From contig CAWDML010000008.1 of the NCBI GenBank assembly GCA_963803435.1, positions 512,001 through 576,000 on the forward strand: a DNA stretch of 64,000 bases. Reading direction: 5' to 3'. A program made the position numbers and the translations under genes. The notes under the pieces were generated by a model. The model did no database searches. It was not told the DNA's origin and saw nothing but the letters and a program-made list of their open reading frames with translations. This document shows, one piece after another, positions 9,399-18,048 of the stretch (positions are counted from its first letter, which is position 1; each line of letters begins with the position of its first letter). This stretch comes from an uncultured delta proteobacterium (GTDB lineage: Bacteria; Myxococcota; Kuafuiibacteriia; Kuafuiibacteriales; Kuafuiibacteriaceae).

Positions 9399-10898
9399 TC
9401 AGTCCGTGAGGAATCGCCCGGAGGCGCCGTCCCAGCGGGCCTTGGGCTCGCGCTCGGCCCACCAGGCCTCGAGGCCGGCCTCGGCCTTCGCAGGATCCGC
9501 GTCCTCGGCGGCCGGGGGCTGGCCGGCCAGCTGTCGCGCCAGCTCGAGGGCCTTCGTCCGCACGACCTTGGCCTCGGCGTCCCGGGCCAGCCCGAGCAGG
9601 AACGTCATCCCGTGCTTGCCCCCGGAGCGGACCAGGGCCTCGGCCTCCCGGAGCCGCACCCACTCGTCCTCCCCGGTGACCCCGAGCGCGGCCTCCAGGC
9701 CCGGCGCGGCCTCGGCCCGTCCCAGCCGGGCGAGCGCCTCGGCCGCCTTCTCCTTCACCGCCGTCGAAGGATCCGACAGCGCGCCCACCAGCGGCGCGAC
9801 GGCCGCCGCGTCGCCGGTCTTCCCGAGGGCCTCGGCCGCCTCGGCGCGGACGCTCTCGTGCTCGTCGTCGAGCGCCGCCAGGATCTCGGCGTGCGAGGTC
9901 CCGAGCCCGTGGACCGGCGCAGCGTGCGGTTTGTGGACTGCCTGGTGCGCGACCGACATCCCGTCGTCCTCGGCACGGAAACGCTGTGCGAGATCGGAGC
10001 GGAGGAAGACGACCATCCCCGCGCCGAGCGCGAGCAACACACCGGCCGATCCGGCGAGACGCACGAACGCGCGCCCGGGTGCATCGGCGTTGACGACGCT
10101 CGAGACCATGCCGGCGGTCACCAGGATCGCCGCGTACACCGCGATGATGCTGGGCGCCGGCGGCCAGTCGTAGTGCGCCGACACGAAGAGGCCCACGATC
10201 GCTGCGACGATGCTGGTGATCCATCCGATCACGAGCCGCACCTTGAACGAGTCGCTGAACAGCGCGGCGCAGACCGCGGGCGCGATCAAGAGACAAAAGA
10301 CCAGCAGCACGCCGGCGATGTGGACCGACATCGTCACGATCACCGCGAACGTCACGTAGAAGAGGAAGTCCCAGCGCTGGACGTTGAGCCCGTCGCGCGC
10401 CGCCCGATCGGGGTCGTGCGAGATGGCGAGGAACTTCTTTCGCAGCACCCAATGGAGCGCACCGACCGCGGAGTAGAGGATGAGGTCCGTGCGGACCTCG
10501 GCGGGCGTGACCACCAGGATGCTGCCGGCCAGGATGTCGCGGAGGTGCTCGGCGCCGTGCGGATTCTCCGCCGACATCAGGATGGAGCCCGCCGATGCGA
10601 TCGCGAAGGCCAGCCCGATGATCGCCTCGTGAGGCACGCGATCGTCCTTGGTACGCGTGACCGAGAAGACCCACGCGCCCATGACACCGAACACCAGCGA
10701 GGCCCAATACGTCACGGGATCCGCCGACTCGAATCCGAACAGGAACGCGACCGTGCTGCCGAGCGCCGCGATCTGCGCGATCGCGAGATCCACGAAGAGC
10801 ACTTTCCGGCTGATCACGTGGAGCCCGAAGTACGTGTGGATCGCGATCAGGATCAGCGTGACCGCGAAGGGCCAGAACCACCAGGGAAGTTCGTGCAT
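9399..10898 (-). CDS. Zn/Mn ABC transporter permease (ZnuB/ABC-3 family) fused to C-terminal HEAT repeats
   Basis: GLHVISRKVLFVDLAIAQIAALG, IAGVLLVFCLLIAPA; then His-rich linker and VRAEAAEALG/VKEKAAEALA HEAT repeats. Confidence 0.85.
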   Translation of the reverse strand: MHELPWWFWPFAVTLILIAIHTYFGLHVISRKVLFVDLAIAQIAALGSTVAFLFGFESADPVTYWASLVFGVMGAWVFSVTRTKDDRVPHEAIIGLAFAIASAGSILMSAENPHGAEHLRDILAGSILVVTPAEVRTDLILYSAVGALHWVLRKKFLAISHDPDRAARDGLNVQRWDFLFYVTFAVIVTMSVHIAGVLLVFCLLIAPAVCAALFSDSFKVRLVIGWITSIVAAIVGLFVSAHYDWPPAPSIIAVYAAILVTAGMVSSVVNADAPGRAFVRLAGSAGVLLALGAGMVVFLRSDLAQRFRAEDDGMSVAHQAVHKPHAAPVHGLGTSHAEILAALDDEHESVRAEAAEALGKTGDAAAVAPLVGALSDPSTAVKEKAAEALARLGRAEAAPGLEAALGVTGEDEWVRLREAEALVRSGGKHGMTFLLGLARDAEAKVVRTKALELARQLAGQPPAAEDADPAKAEAGLEAWWAEREPKARWDGASGRFLTD

Positions 10899-10901
10899 GG
10901 C

Positions 10902-11927
10902 TCAGCTCCCCAGCGCCCGCTGGAACTGGCCGACGATCACGTCGAACAGCTTCAGATAGTCGTCGGCGCCCTTGATCCCACCGCTCGAGAGCGGGAAGAC
11001 GACCAGCTTGGCGCCGCCCTTGTCCGCGACCAGCTGCGCGATCTTCTCGTCGTAGAACGCGTGCGTCCCCAGCAGTGGGATCTTCTCCTTGCGCATGTGC
11101 GCGACCAGATCGGCCAGGTGGCCCGGCCCGGGCTGGATGCCCGGCTTGAGCTCGACGTAATCGACCACCATGATCCCGAAGCGCGCCGCGAAGTACGAGT
11201 AGCTCCGGTGATAGAAGACGATCTTCGTCCCCTGGTACGGCCGCATCTTGGCCAGCCAGCCGCCGAGCTTGGCGGTGAGGCCGTTCTTCTTCAGGAAGCC
11301 GTCGAGCTCACCGGAGCGCGCCAGCCGCTCGAGCTTGCTCTCACCGACGTCGTCGACCAGCCCCTTGCCGAAGAGGGCGTCGGCGATCGAGCGCGAAAAC
11401 GCCTTCCGGCGCGCCTCGTACTGGGCCGCGTGATCCGGGTCGACGCGGCTGAGCGCCGCCGCGATCGTTCCGGCGACGATCTGCCCGTTCAGCGGATCGA
11501 CGAGATAGTGCGGGTTCCCGAGCGGATGCACGTCGCCCTGCGCGCGGTTCACCTCGCCGGTGGGAACCTCGAGCACCGGGATGCCGATCGAGCAGTCGAT
11601 GTACCCCGGTGTGCCGATGTTGATGTCCGGGTTGCGCGCGCCCTCGAGCAGCGGCGGGACCCAGCCGATCTCGAGCTGCAGCCCGCTCACCAGGAAGAGG
11701 TCGGCGTCGCGGAGCTTCACCACGTAGCTCGGCTTCGGATCTACGAAGTGCGGATCCTGAATGCCGGAGGCGATCGTCGTGACGCGGACGTCGTCGCCGC
11801 CGATCGCCTGGGCGATGCGCGCCAGATCGGGGAGTGTGGCGACGACCTTGACCGGCCCGCGGGCGTACGCGGGAGTCGCGAACGCCGCGAGCGCGAGGAC
11901 GAGGAGCGATTGAGACGAAGGTTTCAT
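10902..11927 (-). CDS. Metal ABC transporter substrate-binding protein (ZnuA/TroA family)
   Basis: Signal peptide, KVVATLPDL, QDPHFVDPKPS, GDVHPLGNPHY, YHRSYSYF. Confidence 0.92.
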   Translation of the reverse strand: MKPSSQSLLVLALAAFATPAYARGPVKVVATLPDLARIAQAIGGDDVRVTTIASGIQDPHFVDPKPSYVVKLRDADLFLVSGLQLEIGWVPPLLEGARNPDINIGTPGYIDCSIGIPVLEVPTGEVNRAQGDVHPLGNPHYLVDPLNGQIVAGTIAAALSRVDPDHAAQYEARRKAFSRSIADALFGKGLVDDVGESKLERLARSGELDGFLKKNGLTAKLGGWLAKMRPYQGTKIVFYHRSYSYFAARFGIMVVDYVELKPGIQPGPGHLADLVAHMRKEKIPLLGTHAFYDEKIAQLVADKGGAKLVVFPLSSGGIKGADDYLKLFDVIVGQFQRALGS

Positions 11928-11936
11928 GCCTGAACC

Positions 11937-13256
11937 TCAAAACTTGTGGGCGCCGTGGGCGCCGAAGATGATCTCCGCTTGGACATAGACGGAGTGGGCG
12001 TCTCCGCCGGGCAGAAATGACGAGTTGTCGTACTCGTACTGGATCCGCAGCTTGCTGAACTCACTCGGGTAGTACGTGAGCGCGACGGTCGCGCGGTGGC
12101 GGCGATCGCGGAGCGGATCCTCGGCGCTCGAGTAGCCGAGAAACTCGGTGGGCTCGCCGCGCGCGAAGTCGTAGCGCAGCGCCAGCACGAACGGGCGCAG
12201 AAAGCCCCACGCGGTCTGCGCGTAGAGGCCGTAGTCGAGCAGGTTCTGTCGAGGTGCCAGCTCCGTCCCCACGCTCTCGTCGAGCACCTCGGCCGCCCCG
12301 TACTTGCGCACCATCCCCTCCGCCTGGAGCGCGAAGAACGGCCAGCCGTGATCGTTCGAGAGGGGCTTCCACTTCAGGTAGAGGTCAGTCCCCCCGATGA
12401 GGGTCTCGGTGTCGTCCGCGGTGGCGTTCGGCCCGAACAATCCGGAGAGGCCGAACACGACCGTGGTCTCCTCGCCGAGATCGAACGACACCTTGGCGTG
12501 CGCGAGATAGAGGAAGTCTTCCGCCCCGTTGACCTCCCGATCGATCAGTGTCCGACCGGCGATCGTCTCGCCGGGGACGTTCCGGAAGCTCACCGCGGTC
12601 TCCCCGTTCGAGTTCTGGGCCCCGAGCGTGACCTCGAGGAAGAACGGAAGCGGGGTCAGCCAGGACAGCTGGAGCCCGGGGACGCGCAGGCCGTCGGGCC
12701 CCATGAACCGCGAGTTGACCACCGGCTGGTCTGCGAAGTCCCACGTGTGCGGGTGCGTGGGGTTGAGCCGGCCGAACGCGGTGAAGAAGTGACCTGCCTT
12801 CAGCTGCAGGTTGCCGGGGAGCGAGAGCGTGGTCAGGTAGATCTCCTCCAGCTCGATCGTCGTCTCACCCTCGGGATCGATCTGGAGCACGATGTTGGCG
12901 TCGCCGCGGAAGTACGGGTCGACGATACCGGAGAACGTCAGCTCGACGTTCTGGATCGTGAACCCGCGGTTCTTCGGGTCGTGGCCGCCGCCCTCCAGTG
13001 CGCGGAGATCGGGCTCCTTCGCCGAGGAGGTCCCGGCAGCGGCCAGCAAATCGAGCGCCAGATCGATCAGTCGAACGTTCGCCAGCGGTGTAGCCGAGGC
13101 ACCGGCCGTCGGGGGTGGGGTCGCGTTCTCCTCGCCGGCGAGGGCAGCGCCGAACTCGGCCTCGAGCGCGGCGCGTTCGGCGTCGGAGACAGACGACGTC
13201 TCGACCGTGCTGGTCGCGACAATGAGGAGCGGTAGTAAACACGGGCCCATGGGCAC
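11937..13256 (-). CDS. Outer-membrane beta-barrel metal-uptake receptor/porin (zinc-regulated receptor-like)
   Basis: GGHDPKNRGF, VDPYFRGD, FGRLNPTHPHTWDF, YYPSEFSKLRIQY, C-terminal GAHGAHKF. Confidence 0.8.
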   Translation of the reverse strand: MPMGPCLLPLLIVATSTVETSSVSDAERAALEAEFGAALAGEENATPPPTAGASATPLANVRLIDLALDLLAAAGTSSAKEPDLRALEGGGHDPKNRGFTIQNVELTFSGIVDPYFRGDANIVLQIDPEGETTIELEEIYLTTLSLPGNLQLKAGHFFTAFGRLNPTHPHTWDFADQPVVNSRFMGPDGLRVPGLQLSWLTPLPFFLEVTLGAQNSNGETAVSFRNVPGETIAGRTLIDREVNGAEDFLYLAHAKVSFDLGEETTVVFGLSGLFGPNATADDTETLIGGTDLYLKWKPLSNDHGWPFFALQAEGMVRKYGAAEVLDESVGTELAPRQNLLDYGLYAQTAWGFLRPFVLALRYDFARGEPTEFLGYSSAEDPLRDRRHRATVALTYYPSEFSKLRIQYEYDNSSFLPGGDAHSVYVQAEIIFGAHGAHKF

Positions 13257-13315
13257 CCCCGAGAGACGGGTCAGGACGATCGATCACCGCCGACCGTTCG
13301 AAGAGCTGGGACTGA

Positions 13316-13738
13316 TCAGAGGAGGTGCGGCGGCGGCGAGCTCTTGGGCGCGAGCCGGAGGATGGAGAGCGGCGCCGCGGCGAGCCGAGCCCGGCCGAGG
13401 AGCGCGAGCGCGCCCAGGTCCGCCGACGGCGCGGGCCGTGCGACGGACGGCAACGTGGTCCGCTGGCGCGCGAAGCTGGCGGCCAGACAGTGCTCGTGAC
13501 CGTGGCTCTGCTCGGGCGCCGGAACGTGCCTCTCGAAGCCGAGGGCGTGCGGCGGATGTCCGGCGCGCGCAGGGCCGGGCAGATGGATGAGCTCGCCGTG
13601 CTCGGGGCAGGTGACGTGGTGGAACGAGGTCAGGTCCGCGAGCGCCGCGACGTTCGAGCCGGTCCAGGCGCAGATCGTCAGGATCGCGAGGGAACAGACA
13701 CCCGCCTTCGATCGGCGCTCGGAGCTTCTCGCTCGCAC
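13316..13738 (-). CDS. Small His/Cys-rich protein (DUF2946-like), first gene of the metal-uptake operon
   Basis: GGAGG RBS before GTG; HHVTCPEHGELIH, HGHEHC, C-terminal LAPKSSPP. Confidence 0.65.
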   Translation of the reverse strand: MRARSSERRSKAGVCSLAILTICAWTGSNVAALADLTSFHHVTCPEHGELIHLPGPARAGHPPHALGFERHVPAPEQSHGHEHCLAASFARQRTTLPSVARPAPSADLGALALLGRARLAAAPLSILRLAPKSSPPPHLL

Positions 13739-13748
13739 CCAGCCTCCT

Positions 13749-13764
13749 GCATCGGGCCCGATGC
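13749..13764. promoter_or_regulatory. Perfect 16-bp palindrome abutting the RBS of the metal-uptake operon (candidate operator)
   Basis: GCATCGGGCCCGATGC is its own reverse complement and lies next to the minus-strand GGAGG. Confidence 0.4.
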
Positions 13765-13842
13765 CCGGGAAGTCAACTCGACAGGAGTTACCGCTTGACG
13801 GCGCAGCGCCTGCGTCGCTACCCAAATGAGCAACACAACATC

Positions 13843-13979
13843 TCGGTCGGAGCAGGGAAGCCGGTGTGAATCCGGCGCGGTCCCGCCACTGTCAGCGAAT
13901 CGGCGCGCCACGAAGCCACTCGGAAGGGGAAGGCGGCGTCAGCCAACGAGTCGCGAGCCAGGATATCTGCTCCGCCCGA
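13843..13979 (+). ncRNA. Cobalamin (B12) riboswitch
   Basis: AGGGAA-GCCGGTG-TGAATCCGGCGCGGTCCCGCCACTGT, GCCACT..GGGAAGGC and B12-box GAGCCAGGATATCTGC. Closing stem TCGGTCGGAGCAG (13843-55) pairs with CTGCTCCGCCCGA (13967-79). Confidence 0.93.
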
Positions 13980-14017
13980 AGTTTCCGGACCACCGGCGAG
14001 AGACCGGGGAGGAGCGT

Positions 14018-14410
14018 ATGAACTCAACACGCGTCTTTGTCTTCACCGTCTGTTTGGCATCGATCCGCTGCGGAGGCGGACCGATCGAGACCGCGGGCAC
14101 CTGGACCAGCAACTTCGGAACGGAAGAGACCATCACGGACGAGGCCTGGGGCGCCGCGTCGTTGATCGAGTACGACAACGACCTGAACTGGGCCGTCACC
14201 CAGAACGCCGGCGACGATCAGTACAACCCCAGCAAGTACAATCGCTTGGTCTGGACGGAGCCCAACGCGGGTCGCTTCTACTACTGCACCGTCGACTACG
14301 GGCTCGAAACGCTCGCACAGGCGGAGAGCTCCACTCAGGCGGCGGATGCCAGCGATCCGGCGAGCGGCGGCTGCGGAGGTTTCTCGTGGACCGAGCTGTC
14401 GCGCAATTGA
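14018..14410 (+). CDS. Small exported/lipoprotein of unknown function under the B12 riboswitch
   Basis: GGAGG RBS, hydrophobic N-terminus with Cys, two further Cys (YYC...GCGGF). Confidence 0.7.
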   Translation: MNSTRVFVFTVCLASIRCGGGPIETAGTWTSNFGTEETITDEAWGAASLIEYDNDLNWAVTQNAGDDQYNPSKYNRLVWTEPNAGRFYYCTVDYGLETLAQAESSTQAADASDPASGGCGGFSWTELSRN

Positions 14411-15030
14411 GCTTGCTCTTCCTGAGCGCGTGCGGCGGCACCGAAGAGCGGGCGCCGCCGGAGACGTTCGGCTCGCCGTACGCCGTCGAGGTGGTGAGCT
14501 ACCTCCCCGGCCCGGGCGCCGGCTTCGGTCAGACGGAGCTCCCCGGGGTGGTGCTGGGGCCGCCGAAGCTCCAGGGCGCCAGCCCGTCCCTCGACGTCCT
14601 CAGCCTCGGCGCTGGCGGTGAGATCGTGCTGGCGTTCGACGCGGCGATCACCGACGGACCGGGGCCCGACTTCGTGGTCTTCGAGAACCCGTTCTGGGTG
14701 ATGGGCGACCCGACCGATCCGTACGCCGAGCTGGGCGAGATCGCGGTGAGCGCGGACGGCGTCACCTGGAGCGCGTTCGCCTGCGATCACGAGGGCGACG
14801 GCGCGGGCCACTTCGCAGGCTGCGCCGGATGGTCCCCGACCGCCGGGTTCGATGCCGAGACCCCGCTCGATCCCGCACAGTGTGGCGGCGATGCCTTCGA
14901 TCTGTCCGACCTCGGAGTGAGCGAGGCGCGATTCGTGCGGATCCTCGATCTCGACGGCGGTGGCGACAGCCCGTCGGTCGGGTTCGATCTCGACGCCGTC
15001 GGCCTCGTCCACTACCGGACGATCGAATAG
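14386..15030 (+). CDS. Cell-surface lipoprotein, putative B12-capture protein (BtuH-like motifs)
   Basis: Lipobox LFLSAC; VVSYLPGPGAGFG, LSLGAGGEIVLAFD, DGPGPDFVVFENPF, GGDAFDLSDLG, GFDLDAV. Confidence 0.7.
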   Translation: MDRAVAQLSLLFLSACGGTEERAPPETFGSPYAVEVVSYLPGPGAGFGQTELPGVVLGPPKLQGASPSLDVLSLGAGGEIVLAFDAAITDGPGPDFVVFENPFWVMGDPTDPYAELGEIAVSADGVTWSAFACDHEGDGAGHFAGCAGWSPTAGFDAETPLDPAQCGGDAFDLSDLGVSEARFVRILDLDGGGDSPSVGFDLDAVGLVHYRTIE

Positions 15031-15188
15031 ACGACCCAGACCGCCGCGATCGCGAGCCCGTAGAGCCCGATCAGGCTGATCGTGTAGATCGAGCGCGTCA
15101 TTCTTCGAGCACTTGCAAGCCTCGTGCGCAGCAGCGTCGCGCGAAAGCCGGTCGCGGCGTCACGGGCGGGTGACGGCCGGGTGCGATC

Positions 15189-16199
15189 GTGCCTTCAATC
15201 CGTGTTGTGCGGGCGATGGTGATGACGGCGCAACGCCGGCCGCTCGAGGCGATGGACGTCCCGGTCCCCGAGCCTGGCCCCACGCAGGCGCTCCTCCGCG
15301 TGAAACGTTGCGCGGTGTGTCGAACCGATCTCCACGTCCTCGACGGCGACCTCGACGATCCGAAGCTACCGCTGATCATCGGGCACGAGATCGTGGGCGT
15401 GGTGGAGAAGGTCGGTGCACGCGCGGGCGAGCTCGCGATCGGGGATCGCGTCGGTGTGCCTTGGCTCGGATGGTCGTGCGGCGTCTGCCGCTGGTGTCGA
15501 AGCGGGCGCGAGAACCTCTGCGACTCGGCGCGCTTCACCGGCTACCAGATCGACGGCGGCTACGCCGAGTACACCGTCGCGGATCATCGCTTCTGCTTTC
15601 CTCTCCCTCCGTCGTTCGACGACGCGCATGCCGCGCCGCTCTTGTGCGCCGGCCTGATCGGTCACCGCTGCCTGACGATGGCCGGCGACGCGGAGCGTCT
15701 CGGGATCTACGGTTTCGGCGCCGCCGCGCACATCGTGGCGCAGGTGGCCCGGTACCAGGGCCGGCAGGTCTACGCGTTCGTGCGGCCCGGTGACGCGGCG
15801 GCGGCGGCCTTCGCCCGTTCGCTCGGTGCGGTGTGGGCGGGCAGCTCCGATGCGTCGCCGCCCGAGCCGCTCGACGCCGCGATCATCTTCGCGCCTGTGG
15901 GGGCGCTGGTCCCGCGCGCGCTCGCGGCCACCGCGAAGGGCGGCGTGGTCGTCTGCGGCGGCATCCACATGAGCGACATCCCCTCCTTCCCGTACGCGGT
16001 TCTGTGGGGGGAGCGTCAGGTCCGCTCGGTCGCGAACCTCACCCGGGCCGACGGCGAGGCGTTCCTGGACCTGGCGCCGCGGGCTGGCGTCCGGACCACC
16101 GTGGAGGTGTTTCCGCTGTCCGCGGCCAACGACGCCCTTCGAGCGCTGCGCGAAGGACGCCTCGAGGGTGCCGCGGTCCTCGATTGCGAAGCTCACTGA
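15189..16199 (+). CDS. Zinc-dependent alcohol dehydrogenase (MDR family)
   Basis: VCRTDLH, GHEIVG, CGVCRWCRSGRENLC, GIYGFGAA. Confidence 0.93.
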   Translation: MPSIRVVRAMVMTAQRRPLEAMDVPVPEPGPTQALLRVKRCAVCRTDLHVLDGDLDDPKLPLIIGHEIVGVVEKVGARAGELAIGDRVGVPWLGWSCGVCRWCRSGRENLCDSARFTGYQIDGGYAEYTVADHRFCFPLPPSFDDAHAAPLLCAGLIGHRCLTMAGDAERLGIYGFGAAAHIVAQVARYQGRQVYAFVRPGDAAAAAFARSLGAVWAGSSDASPPEPLDAAIIFAPVGALVPRALAATAKGGVVVCGGIHMSDIPSFPYAVLWGERQVRSVANLTRADGEAFLDLAPRAGVRTTVEVFPLSAANDALRALREGRLEGAAVLDCEAH

Positions 16200-16219
16200 G
16201 ATGTGGGACGACAGGGGCG

Positions 16220-17515
16220 GTGTTCCGTGCCCTTTGGCAACGGTTCGCGCGGCTGTTCGGCGGCGGGAAGAGCGAGGAGCGGCGCGCGCCGGGCGTCATC
16301 CCTGCGCCGGAGACGCTGATCGCCAAGATCGCGAACGTGAAGGGCAAGGACCGCGAGATCCTTCGGGTCGCGGGAGAGGCCATCCGCCGCGGTCATCCCG
16401 ATCAGGCGGTCATCGCCTACTGGAAGGCCGTCGAGGTCTATCTGCGGGACGGTCAGGTCCTCAAGGCGGTCTCGGCGCTCAAGATGATCCTGCAGCACTC
16501 GCCGGAGGATCTGGAGGCCTTCAACGCGCTGGCGGACGCCTACGAGGCGCTCGATCGGAAGCGGGACGCCGCCAACACCTGCCTCTGGATCGCCGACATC
16601 CACGCGCGGCGCGGAGAACGTGCGGACGCGCTCGCGGTGCTCTATCGCGCGATGGATCTGGATTCGATGGTGAAGGGGGCGCGCGAACGCATCCAGGCGC
16701 TGGGCGGGGAGCTGCCCGCCTCGGCGCGGCCGCCGTCGCGGATGGGGCCACCGCTGCGGCTCCAGTCCAAGCAAGAACCGCAGGCCGGCTTGCCCCCGAT
16801 GGCCCTGCCGTTGTCGGCGATGACGCCCTCGCCGATCCACGCTCCGGAGCCGGCGCCGAGCGAGGACGAGCCTGATGAGATGCCCGGCGAGTCGGTGGTG
16901 ATCGAGTCTCCGCTTCGTCAGGATGACGACGACGACCGGATCGAGCTCGACATCGAAGGCGACGACGCGCTCGACTTTCCGGACGACAGCCTCGTTCTCC
17001 CGGTGACCGACGGCAAGCGCGCAGCCGTGGAGACGCCCGACGACGCGACGGTGTTGGGGATGCAGCTCCCGGGCGACGACGACGAGGGCGAGGAGTACGA
17101 TCCGGACTTCGGTGCGGCCACCATCGCGATGTCGGCGATCGATCACGACGTGGGCTCGGCGACCATCGCGATGCGTGCGATCGCCGAGGACGGCGAGATC
17201 ATGAGCGAGGATCTCGCGGGCGACGCGACCCTGCTGGCGATGGAGCCTCCCCCGCTCGACGGGCCGACCGATGAGCACGAGGCCCGGATGCCGCTGCCCG
17301 TCGAGGAGGAGACCGATCCCCGGGCGACGCCTCCGCCTGCGAGGCGGTTCGCGATTCCCCAGGCGGCCACCACCATCGACGTCGAGCCGCCGTCCGCGCT
17401 CTCGGGCACCGAGCATGACCCCAAGAAGAAGCTCCCGATGATCGGGGTGCCGGGTGAGTCGACCCGCGCCTACTCCGTCGAGGAGCTCAAGGATCTGGGA
17501 CTGAAGAAGAAGTGA
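16220..17515 (+). CDS. TPR-repeat protein with long acidic/Pro-rich disordered C-terminus
   Basis: TPR-like helices (AVIAYWKAVEVY, AFNALADAYEALD), followed by a D/E/P-rich tail with repeated xATx motifs. Confidence 0.75.
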   Translation: MFRALWQRFARLFGGGKSEERRAPGVIPAPETLIAKIANVKGKDREILRVAGEAIRRGHPDQAVIAYWKAVEVYLRDGQVLKAVSALKMILQHSPEDLEAFNALADAYEALDRKRDAANTCLWIADIHARRGERADALAVLYRAMDLDSMVKGARERIQALGGELPASARPPSRMGPPLRLQSKQEPQAGLPPMALPLSAMTPSPIHAPEPAPSEDEPDEMPGESVVIESPLRQDDDDDRIELDIEGDDALDFPDDSLVLPVTDGKRAAVETPDDATVLGMQLPGDDDEGEEYDPDFGAATIAMSAIDHDVGSATIAMRAIAEDGEIMSEDLAGDATLLAMEPPPLDGPTDEHEARMPLPVEEETDPRATPPPARRFAIPQAATTIDVEPPSALSGTEHDPKKKLPMIGVPGESTRAYSVEELKDLGLKKK

Positions 17516-17523
17516 GGGATCGG

Positions 17524-18048
17524 ATGCCAAGGTACGAGTTCAAGGAAGGCAGCTCGAGCAAGTTCTGGGAGATCGAGATGAGTGGGACGGAGGTGACCAC
17601 CCGCTGGGGGAAGATCGGCACCGACGGCCAGGAGAAGACGAAGGACTTCGGAACCGAGGAGAAGGCGCAGAAGGAGCACGACAAGCTCGTCGCGGAGAAG
17701 ACCAAGAAGGGCTACGCGCTCGGGGGCGGCGGCAACGGCGCGCCCGCTCCGAAGGCGAAGAAGAAGGAGGCGGCGCCGAAGAAGAAGGCGGCGCCCGCTC
17801 CGGTGAACGGCGACCTGAGCGTGGGCGAAGACTGGCAGCGCTACGAGTTCGTCGAGGGCGGCTCCAAGAAATTCTGGGAGATCAGGGTCGAGGGCGACCA
17901 GTACTTCACGCGGTACGGGCGCATCGGCTCCGACGGCAAGATCACGGTCAAGCAGGTGGACTCCGAGGACGAGGCCCGGGCGGAGGCCGAGAAGCTCCTC
18001 GCGACCAAGCTGAAGAAGGGCTACGAGCCCGCCGAGAGCATCTCGTAG
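17524..18048 (+). CDS. Tandem WGR-domain protein
   Basis: Two copies of RYEF.EG.S.KFWEI...TR(W/Y)G(K/R)IG.DG...KKGY joined by a Lys/Ala/Pro linker. Confidence 0.9.
   Translation: MPRYEFKEGSSSKFWEIEMSGTEVTTRWGKIGTDGQEKTKDFGTEEKAQKEHDKLVAEKTKKGYALGGGGNGAPAPKAKKKEAAPKKKAAPAPVNGDLSVGEDWQRYEFVEGGSKKFWEIRVEGDQYFTRYGRIGSDGKITVKQVDSEDEARAEAEKLLATKLKKGYEPAESIS

Noticed and set aside
9028-10881. 617-aa ORF ending in S14
   Set aside because: Only the last 101 codons are S14; the rest is an Arg-rich off-frame shadow of the permease.
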